In this document: piece after piece, positions 10,051 through 19,698 of the stretch
Numbering within the stretch: position 1 is the stretch's first letter
Layout of the letters: every line of letters starts with the position of its first letter
Assembly: GCA_964603615.1 (NCBI GenBank)
Contig: CAZRVU010000007.1
Location: forward strand, 12,501-76,500
Source of the DNA: an uncultured Desulfovibrionaceae bacterium
GTDB taxonomy: Bacteria; Bacillota; Dethiobacteria; DTU022; UBA8154
DNA length: 64,000 nt
Direction of reading: 5' to 3'
The notes under the pieces: generated by a model
Databases searched by the model: none
What the model was told of the DNA's origin: nothing
The model's input: only the letters and a program-made list of their open reading frames with translations
Translations under genes and position numbers: made by a program

Positions 10051-10064
10051 AAGGAGGTCGAGCA

Positions 10065-11105
10065 ATGTTACGTATTGGTATTATTGGCGCTACGGGTTAT
10101 ACGGGAGGCGAACTTTTAAGGCTTATTTTTTCCCACGGTGAAACAGAGCTGACTTATGTCACCTCCCACTCTTTTGCCGGGAAGACCCTGCCGGAGGTTC
10201 ATCCGCATTATTTAAACATCCTCGAGCCGGTATGCCGTTCCTTTTCCTGGGAAGAAGCCAAAGAAAAAACAGATCTGGTATTTTGTGCACTGCCCCACGG
10301 CGATTCTATGGGAGCGGTACCTTTTTTACTGGATGCAGGTTTGAAAGTAGTCGATCTGAGTGCCGATTTCAGGTTGACTGATGCTGCCCTTTACCAGCAA
10401 TGGTATAAAAAAGAACACAGTGCGCCCCAATTTTTAGGAAAGGCTGTCTACGGCCTGCCGGAAATATATAAGGAAGAAATTAAAAGCACCTCTTTTGTGG
10501 CTAATCCTGGTTGTTACCCCACCTCTGTAATTCTGGGCCTGGCACCTTTGGCGGCACGCAGGTTGGTGGATTGGGAAAGCCTGGTGGTGGATACCAAGTC
10601 GGGAACGTCCGGGGCGGGCCGGGTTCCTTCGCAAGCGCTCCATTTTCCCGAGTGCTCAGAAAATTTTCGTGCTTACAAGGTTGCCGGGCACCAGCATACT
10701 CCGGAGGTAGAGCAAGAGTTGGGCAAGTTGGCGGGGCAAAAAGTGACGATGACTTTTGTACCCCATTTGTTACCGATGATCCGGGGCATTCTCAGCACGA
10801 TCTATCTCCGGTTGACGGTTAAAATGGAAGAGGAAGAGATCCGGGATATTTATAAGGATTATTACAGGGGCGAAAAATTTGTGCGGGTTTTGCCGGCGGG
10901 CATATTGCCGGAAACCAGAAATGTTTACGGCAGCAACTTTTGTGATTTAGCTTGTAAATGGGATCAGCGGACCGGCAGGTTGATCATTATTTCCGCGATC
11001 GACAATCTGGTTAAAGGTGCTGCCGGTCAAGCCATTCAAAACATGAACTTGATGTTAGGCCTTAAAGAGGAACAGGGGTTGCAGTTGATTCCGATGAGGC
11101 CATGA
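10065..11105 (+). CDS. argC: N-acetyl-gamma-glutamyl-phosphate reductase
   Basis: GATGYTGGELLRL N-terminus and catalytic ANPGCYPTS motif. Length 346 aa. Confidence 0.9.
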   Translation: MLRIGIIGATGYTGGELLRLIFSHGETELTYVTSHSFAGKTLPEVHPHYLNILEPVCRSFSWEEAKEKTDLVFCALPHGDSMGAVPFLLDAGLKVVDLSADFRLTDAALYQQWYKKEHSAPQFLGKAVYGLPEIYKEEIKSTSFVANPGCYPTSVILGLAPLAARRLVDWESLVVDTKSGTSGAGRVPSQALHFPECSENFRAYKVAGHQHTPEVEQELGKLAGQKVTMTFVPHLLPMIRGILSTIYLRLTVKMEEEEIRDIYKDYYRGEKFVRVLPAGILPETRNVYGSNFCDLACKWDQRTGRLIIISAIDNLVKGAAGQAIQNMNLMLGLKEEQGLQLIPMRP

Positions 11106-11173
11106 GTTCACCTGGATGAAAAGGAAAACGGCCCCCTTTTTTATTTAAAATGCGGTTGCTAGGAGGAGGTTAA

Positions 11174-12385
11174 ATGAGTGCAATTTCTTTGCAGGAGGTT
11201 GCGGGGGGTATTACCGCGGTGCGGGATATTGATGCTTCCGGCGTGCACTGCGGTTTGAAAGAAAGCGGGGAAAAAGACCTGGCTTTGCTTTACAGCAGAA
11301 GACCGGCTACGGCTGCGGCAGTTTTTACAACCAATAAGTTTAAGGCCGCCCCTTTGCACGTTACGGAAAAACACTTACCTTATCCGGTGAGGGCGATTGT
11401 GATTAACAGCGGGGTGGCCAATGCCTGCACAGGAGAAAAAGGACTAGCTGATGCTTTGTACACTGCGGGGATTGCTGCCGGGGAGCTGGGCCTTCAGCAG
11501 GAGGAGGTCCTCGTGGCTTCCACGGGAGTAATCGGCGTTCACCTTCCCATGGAGAAGATTTCCCGCGGGATTGCCCGGGCCGCGCAAAAGCTTTCGCCCC
11601 GGGGCGGGGGAGAAGCAGCGCAGGCAATGATGACTACTGATACTCACAGTAAGGAGAGCGCTTGCCGGGTGGTGGCCGGTGGGAAATCTTTTGTACTGGC
11701 GGGGATGGCCAAGGGTGCCGGGATGATCTGCCCTGATATGGCTACCATGCTTGCTTTTTTGGCTACGGATGCTCAGCTAAAACAGGATGCCCTGCAAAGG
11801 GCGTTGCACAGCGCGGTTAAACAGTCCTTTAATTTAATTACGGTGGATGGCGATACCTCGACCAACGATCTGGTAATTTTGCTAGCCAACGGGGCTACCG
11901 GGCTAGAGGTTGAAGAAGGGAGCCTTCTTTGGGAACCTTTTAACCGGGCTTTGTTGCAGGTTTGCCAGGAGTTGGCTTATATGATTGTCTCTGACGGAGA
12001 AGGGGCAACCAAAGTGATTAAACTTACGGTCAAAGGCGCACCTGATTATGAAGCAGCAAGGCGGTTGGCGCGCGCCATACTTAATTCACCCCTGGTTAAG
12101 ACTGCTTTTTTTGGCGAAGATGCCAATTGGGGGCGGATCATGACGGCCCTGGGCTGTGCGGGGGTTAATTTTGATTCCCGGCGGGTGGATGTTTTTCTGG
12201 GACCGGTGCAGGTGGCTGCGGGCGGGGAAGGAATTTATTTTGACGAAACACTGGCCAAGCAAGTGTTTTCACAGAAGGAGATCCCTGTTTTGGTGGATCT
12301 GCACTTAGGGACGTCCATGCTTACGGCCTGGGGATGCGATCTTAGCTATGAATATATAAAAATTAATAGTGCCTATAGAAGTTGA
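11174..12385 (+). CDS. argJ: Bifunctional ornithine acetyltransferase / N-acetylglutamate synthase
   Basis: ATML autoproteolytic site (PDMATMLAF). 403 aa. Confidence 0.9.
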   Translation: MSAISLQEVAGGITAVRDIDASGVHCGLKESGEKDLALLYSRRPATAAAVFTTNKFKAAPLHVTEKHLPYPVRAIVINSGVANACTGEKGLADALYTAGIAAGELGLQQEEVLVASTGVIGVHLPMEKISRGIARAAQKLSPRGGGEAAQAMMTTDTHSKESACRVVAGGKSFVLAGMAKGAGMICPDMATMLAFLATDAQLKQDALQRALHSAVKQSFNLITVDGDTSTNDLVILLANGATGLEVEEGSLLWEPFNRALLQVCQELAYMIVSDGEGATKVIKLTVKGAPDYEAARRLARAILNSPLVKTAFFGEDANWGRIMTALGCAGVNFDSRRVDVFLGPVQVAAGGEGIYFDETLAKQVFSQKEIPVLVDLHLGTSMLTAWGCDLSYEYIKINSAYRS

Positions 12386-12399
12386 AGGAGGGCTTTTTA

Positions 12400-13296
12400 G
12401 TGAATGAATCTGTCGAAAAATTAATTGCCAAGGCAGGGGTACTGATTGAGGCTCTGCCCTATATCCGCAACTTTGCCGGAAAAACTTTTGTGATCAAATA
12501 TGGTGGTCAGGCGATGATTAGCGCAGAAATGAAAAACTTGGTGACGCAGGACCTGGTATTATTAAAATTCATTGGCATTAATCCCATTATTGTACACGGG
12601 GGAGGCCAGGAGATAACAATTTTGATGAAGAAATTGGGGAAAGAGGCTAACTTCATCAATGGCTTGCGCGTAACCGATCAAGAAACGATGGAATTGGCGG
12701 AAATGGTGCTGGTTGGAAAAGTAAACAAGGAGATTGTCAGCCTGTTGAACAGGCACGGAGGTAAAGCGGTTGGCTTAAGCGGAAAGGATAGCAATCTTTT
12801 ATCTTGTCGCAAGAAATTGCCGTTTAAGGCAATTGTAGACGGTAAAGAACAGGTTATCGATTTAGGCTATGTGGGTGACATTATCAAGATCAATCCCGAG
12901 GTTATTCAGACCCTTAGCGGGAACGGCTATATACCGGTAATTTCTTCTGTTGGCGTGGGGCAGGAAGGGGAAAGCTTAAATGTCAATGCCGATCATGTTG
13001 CCGGGGAACTGGCTGCCGCCCTGCAGGCGGAAAAACTGATTGTGCTTACCGATGTGGAGGGTATTTTTGCACAGGGAGGCAGCGCTGATGCGCTCATCTC
13101 CACGCTTGGCCGGCGCAAAGCCCAGGAGATGATCATCACCGGGGAGATCTCAGCAGGGATGATCCCCAAAGTGGAAGCCTGTATCCGGGCCTTGAATAAT
13201 GATGTCGCGCGCACCCATATTATTGATGGTCGTCTTAGCCACTCTATACTGTTGGAGATCTTTACCGATGAGGGTATCGGGACGATGGTCGTTTAA
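12400..13296 (+). CDS. argB: Acetylglutamate kinase
   Basis: LIEALPYIRNFAGKTFVIKYGG N-terminus. GTG start at 12400 with a GAAGGAGGG RBS 7 nt upstream (track ORF starts at 12382 and overlaps the argJ stop). Confidence 0.9.
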   Translation: MNESVEKLIAKAGVLIEALPYIRNFAGKTFVIKYGGQAMISAEMKNLVTQDLVLLKFIGINPIIVHGGGQEITILMKKLGKEANFINGLRVTDQETMELAEMVLVGKVNKEIVSLLNRHGGKAVGLSGKDSNLLSCRKKLPFKAIVDGKEQVIDLGYVGDIIKINPEVIQTLSGNGYIPVISSVGVGQEGESLNVNADHVAGELAAALQAEKLIVLTDVEGIFAQGGSADALISTLGRRKAQEMIITGEISAGMIPKVEACIRALNNDVARTHIIDGRLSHSILLEIFTDEGIGTMVV

Positions 13297-13326
13297 CGCC
13301 TTATATTTTAGTCAGGGGGGAAGAAG

Positions 13327-14529
13327 TTGTTACAAGAAAAGGAAAGGCAATATATCATTAATACGTATAATCGCCAGCCGGAGCTAACGCTGTTGTTGGT
13401 CAGAGGTGAAGGAACCTTGCTTTGGGATGCAGAAGGAAAGGAATATCTAGATTTTGTGGGGGGGATCGCCGTCAATGCTTTGGGTCATGCGTATTCCCCT
13501 GTTTTGCAGGCTGCCCGGGAACAGATGCAAAAAGTCATACATACCTCCAACCTGTATTATACCGAACCCCAGATCAACCTGGCGGAATGCCTGGTAAAAA
13601 ACTCGGCAGGGAGAAAGGTTTTTTTCTGCAACAGTGGGGCGGAAGCTAACGAGGCTGCGATCAAACTGACACGCAAATATATGCAACAGGAAAGACAGGC
13701 GGATAGGTTTGGGATCATCTCCGCTTTAAATTCTTTTCATGGGCGGACGCTAGCTACCTTGACTGCAACGGGGCAATCAAAATTTCAGAAAGGTTTTGAA
13801 CCCCTGCCAGCAGGTTTTTGTTATGCCCGTTTTAATGATCTGGAATCTTTTCAGTCCCGGTTGAACGAGCACACCGCCGCCATTATGGTTGAACCCGTGC
13901 AGGGGGAGGGCGGTGTTCACGTGGGCACGACGGAATTTTTGACGGGGTTGCGTCGTTTATGCGATGAAAACAAACTGTTGCTCATCTTTGATGAAGTGCA
14001 AAGCGGCATGGGGAGGACGGGTAAACTTTTTGCTTATGAAAATTATGGGATTAAACCGGATATTTTTACCCTGGCCAAAGCATTGGGGGGAGGCTTTCCG
14101 ATAGGCGCCATGCTTTGTTCGGAAAAAGTAGCGGCGGGTTTTACGCCCGGGGATCATGCCTCAACCTTTGGGGGCAATCCGGTAGCTTGTGCTGCTGCTC
14201 TTGCCGTGCTGCAAGAGATTTTGCGAACAGGGTTTTTGGAAGAGGTGTCGGCTAAGGGCCAGTATTTTCAGGAGAAATTGCAGCTATTGGCTGGCAGGTT
14301 TCCCGGTGTTATTTTAGAGATCAGGGGGAAGGGTTTGATCATCGGGATAGAATTAAAAGGTAAAGCCGGGGAGGTGCAGCGTTCCTGCCAGGCCCGGGGG
14401 CTGTTAGTCAACTCCCTGGGGGAGACGGTTTTGCGCTTTCTTCCACCCTTGAATGTTAAAAAAGATGAACTGGATTCTGCTTTAGGGATTTTAGAAAAGG
14501 TTATAAAGGAGGTTTTTGACGGTGAATAG
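13327..14529 (+). CDS. argD: Acetylornithine aminotransferase (class III PLP aminotransferase)
   Basis: Fold-type I aminotransferase with the DEVQSGMGRTGK PLP-lysine motif. Located inside the arg operon. Confidence 0.85.
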   Translation: MLQEKERQYIINTYNRQPELTLLLVRGEGTLLWDAEGKEYLDFVGGIAVNALGHAYSPVLQAAREQMQKVIHTSNLYYTEPQINLAECLVKNSAGRKVFFCNSGAEANEAAIKLTRKYMQQERQADRFGIISALNSFHGRTLATLTATGQSKFQKGFEPLPAGFCYARFNDLESFQSRLNEHTAAIMVEPVQGEGGVHVGTTEFLTGLRRLCDENKLLLIFDEVQSGMGRTGKLFAYENYGIKPDIFTLAKALGGGFPIGAMLCSEKVAAGFTPGDHASTFGGNPVACAAALAVLQEILRTGFLEEVSAKGQYFQEKLQLLAGRFPGVILEIRGKGLIIGIELKGKAGEVQRSCQARGLLVNSLGETVLRFLPPLNVKKDELDSALGILEKVIKEVFDGE

Positions 14530-15457
14530 TTTTCAGGGAAGGGATTTTTTGTCCCTGCAAGATTATGATGCTGCAGAGATTAAATCTCTGCTTAATTTGG
14601 CCCGGGAGTTGAAAGCCCGTCAGAAAAAAGGGGAACTGCAGTCCTTGTTAGCCGGGAAAACTCTGGCCATGATTTTTGAAAAGCCATCGACGCGGACCAG
14701 GGTATCTTTTGAGGTTGGTATGTGGCAGTTAGGAGGGCTTGCCCTTTTTTTAAGTAGCCAGGAACTTCAGATGGGCAGGGGAGAGCCGATCAAGGATACG
14801 GCGGCAGTGCTTTCGCGTTATGTTGAGGGGATTATGATTCGTACTTTCGCCCATCACGATGTAGAAGAACTGGCGCGGCATGCCTCTATCCCTGTGATCA
14901 ATGGTCTTACAGATTTGTTGCACCCTTGTCAAGTTTTAGCTGACCTAATGACCATTGAGGAGAAGACTGGCCGCCTGCAGGGGAATAAGTTGGCTTATGC
15001 GGGAGATGGGAACAACGTGGTCCATTCGTTGTTGTTGGGGTGTTCGAAGATGGGCCTCGATATAGCTGTGGCTGCTCCTGCCCGCTATCAACCCCTGCCA
15101 GCAATTATAGCTCAAGCTCGGGAAAATGCTGATCGCAGCGGCAGCCAATTAATAATTACGGAAGATCCTGTAGAAGCCGTGAAAAATGCCGATATAATTT
15201 ATACAGACGTTTGGACGAGCATGGGGCAGGAAAAGGAAAGAGAAGAACGCAGCAGGGTTTTTTCCCCTTATCAGATAAATGATAGTTTGGCCAAACAAGC
15301 CAAGCCGGGGGCGCTGATCATGCATTGTCTCCCTGCTTACCGCGGAGAGGAGATTACCGCCGAAGTGTTTGAAGGGGAACAATCTGTGGTTTTAGAACAA
15401 GCTGAAAACCGCCTACATGCACAAAAAGCTTTGTTGGCCTTGTTGATGGGCGATTAA
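14522..15457 (+). CDS. argF: Ornithine carbamoyltransferase
   Basis: STRTR carbamoyl-phosphate motif and HCLP motif. GTG at 14522 with AGGAGG 9 nt upstream. Overlaps the argD stop. Confidence 0.9.
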   Translation: MNSFQGRDFLSLQDYDAAEIKSLLNLARELKARQKKGELQSLLAGKTLAMIFEKPSTRTRVSFEVGMWQLGGLALFLSSQELQMGRGEPIKDTAAVLSRYVEGIMIRTFAHHDVEELARHASIPVINGLTDLLHPCQVLADLMTIEEKTGRLQGNKLAYAGDGNNVVHSLLLGCSKMGLDIAVAAPARYQPLPAIIAQARENADRSGSQLIITEDPVEAVKNADIIYTDVWTSMGQEKEREERSRVFSPYQINDSLAKQAKPGALIMHCLPAYRGEEITAEVFEGEQSVVLEQAENRLHAQKALLALLMGD

Positions 15458-15543
15458 ATGCCAGGTTGGCCGGGTAGGTAAAAATTTTTTAAGTTAATAT
15501 AAAGCTGAAATAATTGGAGGATAAACCCTAATTTTTCGGGACC

Positions 15544-15592
15544 TTCCGGCTGCATTTAAACTGTTAATGCGGAAGCTTAAATATTTTTTTTA
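15544..15592 (+). terminator. Probable intrinsic terminator of the arg operon (CTTCCG...CGGAAG stem with a long loop, followed by a T-run)
   Basis: Inverted repeat plus TTTTTTTT seen in sequence. The loop is long (20 nt), so confidence is moderate. Confidence 0.45.
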
Positions 15593-15606
15593 AAGGGTGC
15601 AAACTG

Positions 15607-17406
15607 ATGACAGAAAACGTGGAGAATGGAAAGGTAGGTATCGTCAACGGTAAAATCGTGGTGTGTAACCCACAAGAAGGAGGAAGCCCGGCTGTTTTAT
15701 TTCCTCCTGCGGAAGGGGTTACTGTTTTGGTAAACGGGGAAGTAATAAAGGAAGTAACAGAAGTAAAGGAAGAGGATCAGCTCGAAGTAAATCCTTTAAT
15801 TTTGATGGAAGAAGGTTGGATAGAGGCCAAGGTCTCTCCGGATGGCCTTGCTGCTTCAATGGCAGTATCGCCGCGCGTTATCAGCAGTTATTCTCTCCAA
15901 GATGCGGCCTTGACGGAGAAACTTAAACCGGAGGTTGTAAGAAAAGAGGAACGGGAAAATGTTTTCACGCTGGAAGAGGCGGAGGAGGAGCTGAAAAAGA
16001 ATAAAGTTACCTTTGGGCTGGATTTTGCCGCCTTTAAAAGTGTCGTAGAGCAGGCTACAGGTCAATGGGAAATTGTAGCCCGGGGTGAAAAGATGTTGGA
16101 AGGCAAAGACGGCTATCTAGAATTTTTAATTAGCCCCGAGGTAGAAAAGATAACCTACGAAAAAGAAAGTGGAAAAGTGGATTATAGGGAAAGATACCAA
16201 TACCCTTCAGTACAAAAAGATGATCTGATTGCCCTCGTTCATCCGCCTGATAATGGTGTTCCCGGGCAAAAAGTTACTGGAGAAGCCATCTTTCCGCTGG
16301 CGGTAAAAGAAGTAAAAGTAAAGTGTGCAGACGGAGTTGCTTTTTTGGAAAACGACCATAAAGTTGTTGCCTTAAAAGATGGGCGCTTAATTTTCAGTGG
16401 CAATCAGATTAAGGTATCTGACTTGCTGGTACACCACGGGGATGTAGATTTGAAAAGCGGCAATATCCGCTTTAATGGGGACGTGCAGATTCACGGGAAT
16501 ATTACAGAAGGAATGAAAGTGGAGGCCCAAGGAGATCTATATATCGAGGGTAATGGGTATGAGGCTAGCATTACTGCTGGCGGCGGCGTACATGTTACCA
16601 GGAATTTAATCCAATGCAGGGTTAGCGGGGGCTTAAACTATGAATATTTACAAGAGACCTTTCGATTGTTAGAAAATATTTATGTGTGTTACAGCAGCTT
16701 TTTTAACAATGTTCAAAAAGTTATCAGTGTTTTAAAGGAACGTAAACACAATATCGATGAACGTATGATCGGCATCACTGTTAAATCTGTTTTAGAAAAA
16801 AAGCTGCCCATTTTACAAGAAAATACTTTAAGGCTTGAACAACAGTTAAAGAAAACAAAGAGCAAAAATAAAAAAGAAGCTCTCTTATCAGAAATTATAT
16901 ATTTCCTAAAAGAACTAAATATTTTTTCTTCACAGCATATGGATCTACAAAAATTGGAGAAGTGGAAAAATAAAATTGAATTTATACGGACAGACTATTC
17001 GGAAGCTTTGGAAGATATCCCTGAATTCAACGCTTTATATGTTCAAAACAGTCATTTAAAATACAGCGGGGATATTAATATTGTGGGCCAAGGTTGTTAC
17101 CAGTCTATTTTACAAGCGGGGAAAAAGGTCCTAGTTCAAGGCATCTTTCGCGGTGGGATGATTATGGCGGCAGGTGATGTAAGGGTTAAAGAATTTGCCG
17201 GCATGGTAGATGCCGCCGGTCACCAGGCGAAAAAAAGGGTGGTGGGAATAAAAGTTCCTTGTGAGGCCGTGATTTATCTTGGGAAGGTCCATGGAGATAC
17301 TGTCATACAGGTTGGAAAACTTATCTACAAATTCGACCGGGAATATGTAAATATTAAGGTTAGTTATGATCGTGAAAGCGGCATGCTGAAAATAACGAAC
17401 TATTGA
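15607..17406 (+). CDS. FapA / DUF342-family protein (beta-helical repeat protein; 'flagellar assembly protein A'-like)
   Basis: 599 aa. Repetitive GN-rich beta-helix segment (GNIRFNGDVQIHGNITEGMKVEAQGDLYIEGNGYEASITAGGGVHV) and an N-terminal KGxVxV segment typical of DUF342. Call made by pattern, not by search. Confidence 0.55.
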   Translation: MTENVENGKVGIVNGKIVVCNPQEGGSPAVLFPPAEGVTVLVNGEVIKEVTEVKEEDQLEVNPLILMEEGWIEAKVSPDGLAASMAVSPRVISSYSLQDAALTEKLKPEVVRKEERENVFTLEEAEEELKKNKVTFGLDFAAFKSVVEQATGQWEIVARGEKMLEGKDGYLEFLISPEVEKITYEKESGKVDYRERYQYPSVQKDDLIALVHPPDNGVPGQKVTGEAIFPLAVKEVKVKCADGVAFLENDHKVVALKDGRLIFSGNQIKVSDLLVHHGDVDLKSGNIRFNGDVQIHGNITEGMKVEAQGDLYIEGNGYEASITAGGGVHVTRNLIQCRVSGGLNYEYLQETFRLLENIYVCYSSFFNNVQKVISVLKERKHNIDERMIGITVKSVLEKKLPILQENTLRLEQQLKKTKSKNKKEALLSEIIYFLKELNIFSSQHMDLQKLEKWKNKIEFIRTDYSEALEDIPEFNALYVQNSHLKYSGDINIVGQGCYQSILQAGKKVLVQGIFRGGMIMAAGDVRVKEFAGMVDAAGHQAKKRVVGIKVPCEAVIYLGKVHGDTVIQVGKLIYKFDREYVNIKVSYDRESGMLKITNY

Positions 17407-17612
17407 TGGTCAAAGAAAAAGCACCGGGCAGAACATTTAGCCGCAGGGTTTTTTTGTTTGACAAAGGATCGGGTTTATTGTAGTTTAAAGAGAGGTCTTA
17501 AGCAAGTTGGTGCTGCACACAAACGGGATCAGCTAGGGACCTTGCGTAAGGCTTTGCCGCCGGAAATTTAAAGCCAGCTATTAAAATGTATAGTTCACGG
17601 AGGGGAATTTTG

Positions 17613-17780
17613 ATGGAAGAGGTTAAGAAGAAATTGATGGAGGCATCTCCCAAAGGTACGATACCGTGTATTATGATTTTTCGCATTGCTAGGGAATGTA
17701 ACTGCTCAATAGCTGAAGCGGGTAGCCTGTGTGATGAACTTAAAATCAAGATCGTAAATTGCCAACTTGGTTGTTTTTAG
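17613..17780 (+). CDS. Small (55-aa) cysteine-rich hypothetical protein located just upstream of mogA
   Basis: GGAGGGG RBS 7 nt before the ATG at 17613. Six Cys residues (PCIM, ECNCS, LCDE, NCQLGC). No family recognised. Confidence 0.4.
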   Translation: MEEVKKKLMEASPKGTIPCIMIFRIARECNCSIAEAGSLCDELKIKIVNCQLGCF

Positions 17781-17876
17781 GAGAACGGTGCTGCCACCAG
17801 GAGTTTTTTAGCGGGGCAGTTCAATGTCCTGGCAGGCTAGGTCAGGCGTAGAAAGGGGAAGGATGATCGTAAACCT

Positions 17877-18416
17877 ATGGGCAATAGGCAACAGCAAAGT
17901 AAAGAAATCAAAACATTTGTGGCCATACTGACAATAAGTGATCGCAGCGCAAGGGGTGAAAGGGAAGACCGCTCGGGGGAAGTAATTGCGGAAATCATTC
18001 GTGCTACCGGCTGGGAGGTGGCGGTTTACAAAATTATACCTGATGCTAAGGATATTATCAAAGCGGAACTAATGAGGATGGCAGAGGAGGAACGGGTTAA
18101 TCTAGTACTGACTACCGGCGGGACAGGTGTGGCACCACAGGATTTAACCCCGGATGCCACATTGGAAGTTATCACCAAGGAGGTCCCCGGCCTGGCCGAG
18201 GCGATGAGAAGCGAAAGCCTCAAAAAAACCCCTCACGCCATGCTTTCCCGGGCCGTATGCGGTATAAGGAAAGAGACGCTGATTATAAACTTGCCGGGGA
18301 GCCCCCGGGCTGTGCAAGAGTGTCTGGAGGTAGTCTTGCCGGCAATTCCCCATGCTTTGGAATTGTTGCGGGGAGATGTTTCCGATTGTGGTACAGAATC
18401 ACAATATAAGAGCTGA
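17877..18416 (+). CDS. mogA: Molybdenum cofactor biosynthesis protein MogA/MoaB (molybdopterin adenylyltransferase family)
   Basis: TISDRSARGEREDRSG...LVLTTGGTGVAPQDLTPDA motifs. Confidence 0.85.
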   Translation: MGNRQQQSKEIKTFVAILTISDRSARGEREDRSGEVIAEIIRATGWEVAVYKIIPDAKDIIKAELMRMAEEERVNLVLTTGGTGVAPQDLTPDATLEVITKEVPGLAEAMRSESLKKTPHAMLSRAVCGIRKETLIINLPGSPRAVQECLEVVLPAIPHALELLRGDVSDCGTESQYKS

Positions 18417-18442
18417 CTTGTCTCCGGCTTTAAAGGGGGCTT

Positions 18443-18979
18443 TTGTTATTGAAAGATAAAAATGGGCTTGTCCTTGTTTATACCGGAAATGGAAAAGGTA
18501 AAACCACGGCAGCGTTGGGTTTGGCCTTAAGAGCGATCGGCCATGGCCAACGTGTTTTTCTGTTGCAATTTATGAAAAGCGAGCCTGGCACAGGAGAGAT
18601 ACAGGCCATTAATCAATACCTTCCCAATTTTAAGGTCCTGCAAGCCGGGAAAAATAGAATGCTACCCGATAATAGCCTTGCTGCTGATGAACCGGGCGAT
18701 ATCCGCAAAGGTTTTAATCAAGGGAAAGCGGCTTTGTTGAGCGGGGAGTATGACCTGGTAATTTTTGATGAGATTAATGTTGTCCTGGCACGCGGCCGAT
18801 TTCCCGTGGAAGAGGTACTGGAGATGCTCCGCATGCGCCCGGGGCATGTCAATGTTGTTTTAACCGGGCGTTATGCGCCCGAAGAAATTGTAGATTTTGC
18901 CGATCTGGTTAGCGAAGTAAAGGAGATTAAGCATCCTTACCGGCGGGGAATTAAAGCGCGGGCCGGGTTAGAATTCTAG
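18443..18979 (+). CDS. cobO: Cob(I)yrinic acid a,c-diamide / corrinoid adenosyltransferase (CobO/BtuR/CobA type)
   Basis: GLVLVYTGNGKGKTTAALGLALRAIGHGQRVFLLQFMK is the hallmark N-terminus of the CobA/CobO family. 178 aa. Confidence 0.8.
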   Translation: MLLKDKNGLVLVYTGNGKGKTTAALGLALRAIGHGQRVFLLQFMKSEPGTGEIQAINQYLPNFKVLQAGKNRMLPDNSLAADEPGDIRKGFNQGKAALLSGEYDLVIFDEINVVLARGRFPVEEVLEMLRMRPGHVNVVLTGRYAPEEIVDFADLVSEVKEIKHPYRRGIKARAGLEF

Positions 18980-18986
18980 GTGGCGA

Positions 18987-19056
18987 ATGTGTCAAGGGGA
19001 CGGGGGTATTGACACATGTATGTGTGTCAAGGGGACGGGGGTATTGACACATGTAT
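18987..19056. repeat. Tandem direct repeat (2 x 33 bp) of a palindromic unit GTGTCAA-GGGGACGGGGGTA-TTGACAC-ATGTAT
   Basis: Two identical 33-nt units seen in sequence. Each unit is an inverted repeat (GTGTCAA/TTGACAC), and adjacent units create a second palindrome TTGACAC-atgtatgt-GTGTCAA. Confidence 0.7.
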
Positions 19057-19620
19057 GGGGAATCATCCGGGATCATTAAAAACTCCAGTTTTAATGCCCG
19101 TTATTCCGGAACGGGGCCGGGAAATCCTGTGGTTCCAGTGTCCGGGGGATCTTTTATTTCGCTGCAAAATTCGTTGCGCTACAAACTTCTATTTTAATAA
19201 TAATCTTAAACCTGAAACCGAGAACCATTTCTTGTTTCAGGTCTTTGCCGCAAAATAGGAAACCGCCTTCTTGTTTCAGGGGGTTTCACTGCTAACGCCC
19301 AGGATAACAGGGCAAAAAATATGAAACAGAGAACAACCATGACAATGCTTGACACAGGAGAATGGATGAAAGCTTCCATTAATTCCCGTACTTTCACACT
19401 AACCGTCCCCTGTTTCACTGTTTCACGAAATTGTTGTGTCGGCAGGGCATATTTTTTTTGTTCTGGGATAAAATACATTATATTTGAAGATTTAAAGGAA
19501 AAGGCAGAATTAAAAGGAAACCTTAAGGAAACCCCTGCTAACGTTCTTTAATGCCTTATTTTAGTTTATTAACACGTTTGCCTTTTATAAACATTATTTT
19601 ATATGATCTTTATGTGTTCA

Positions 19621-19647
19621 TTAGCACTCACTTTAAATGAGTGCTAA
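19621..19647 (+). promoter_or_regulatory. CIRCE operator (HrcA binding site) TTAGCACTC-N9-GAGTGCTAA upstream of groES
   Basis: Perfect match to the CIRCE consensus, 52 nt upstream of the groES start. Confidence 0.95.
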
Positions 19648-19698
19648 CAAAAAGGGGCCCACAAAGTCCAAAGGAAATATAATAAGGAGGTATCACGT

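Noticed and set aside
19016-19258. 80-aa ORF (MYVCQGDGGIDTCMGNHPG...) in the cobO-groES spacer
   Set aside because: It is translated straight through the tandem 33-bp repeats and hairpins. No RBS; it is better explained as non-coding regulatory DNA.
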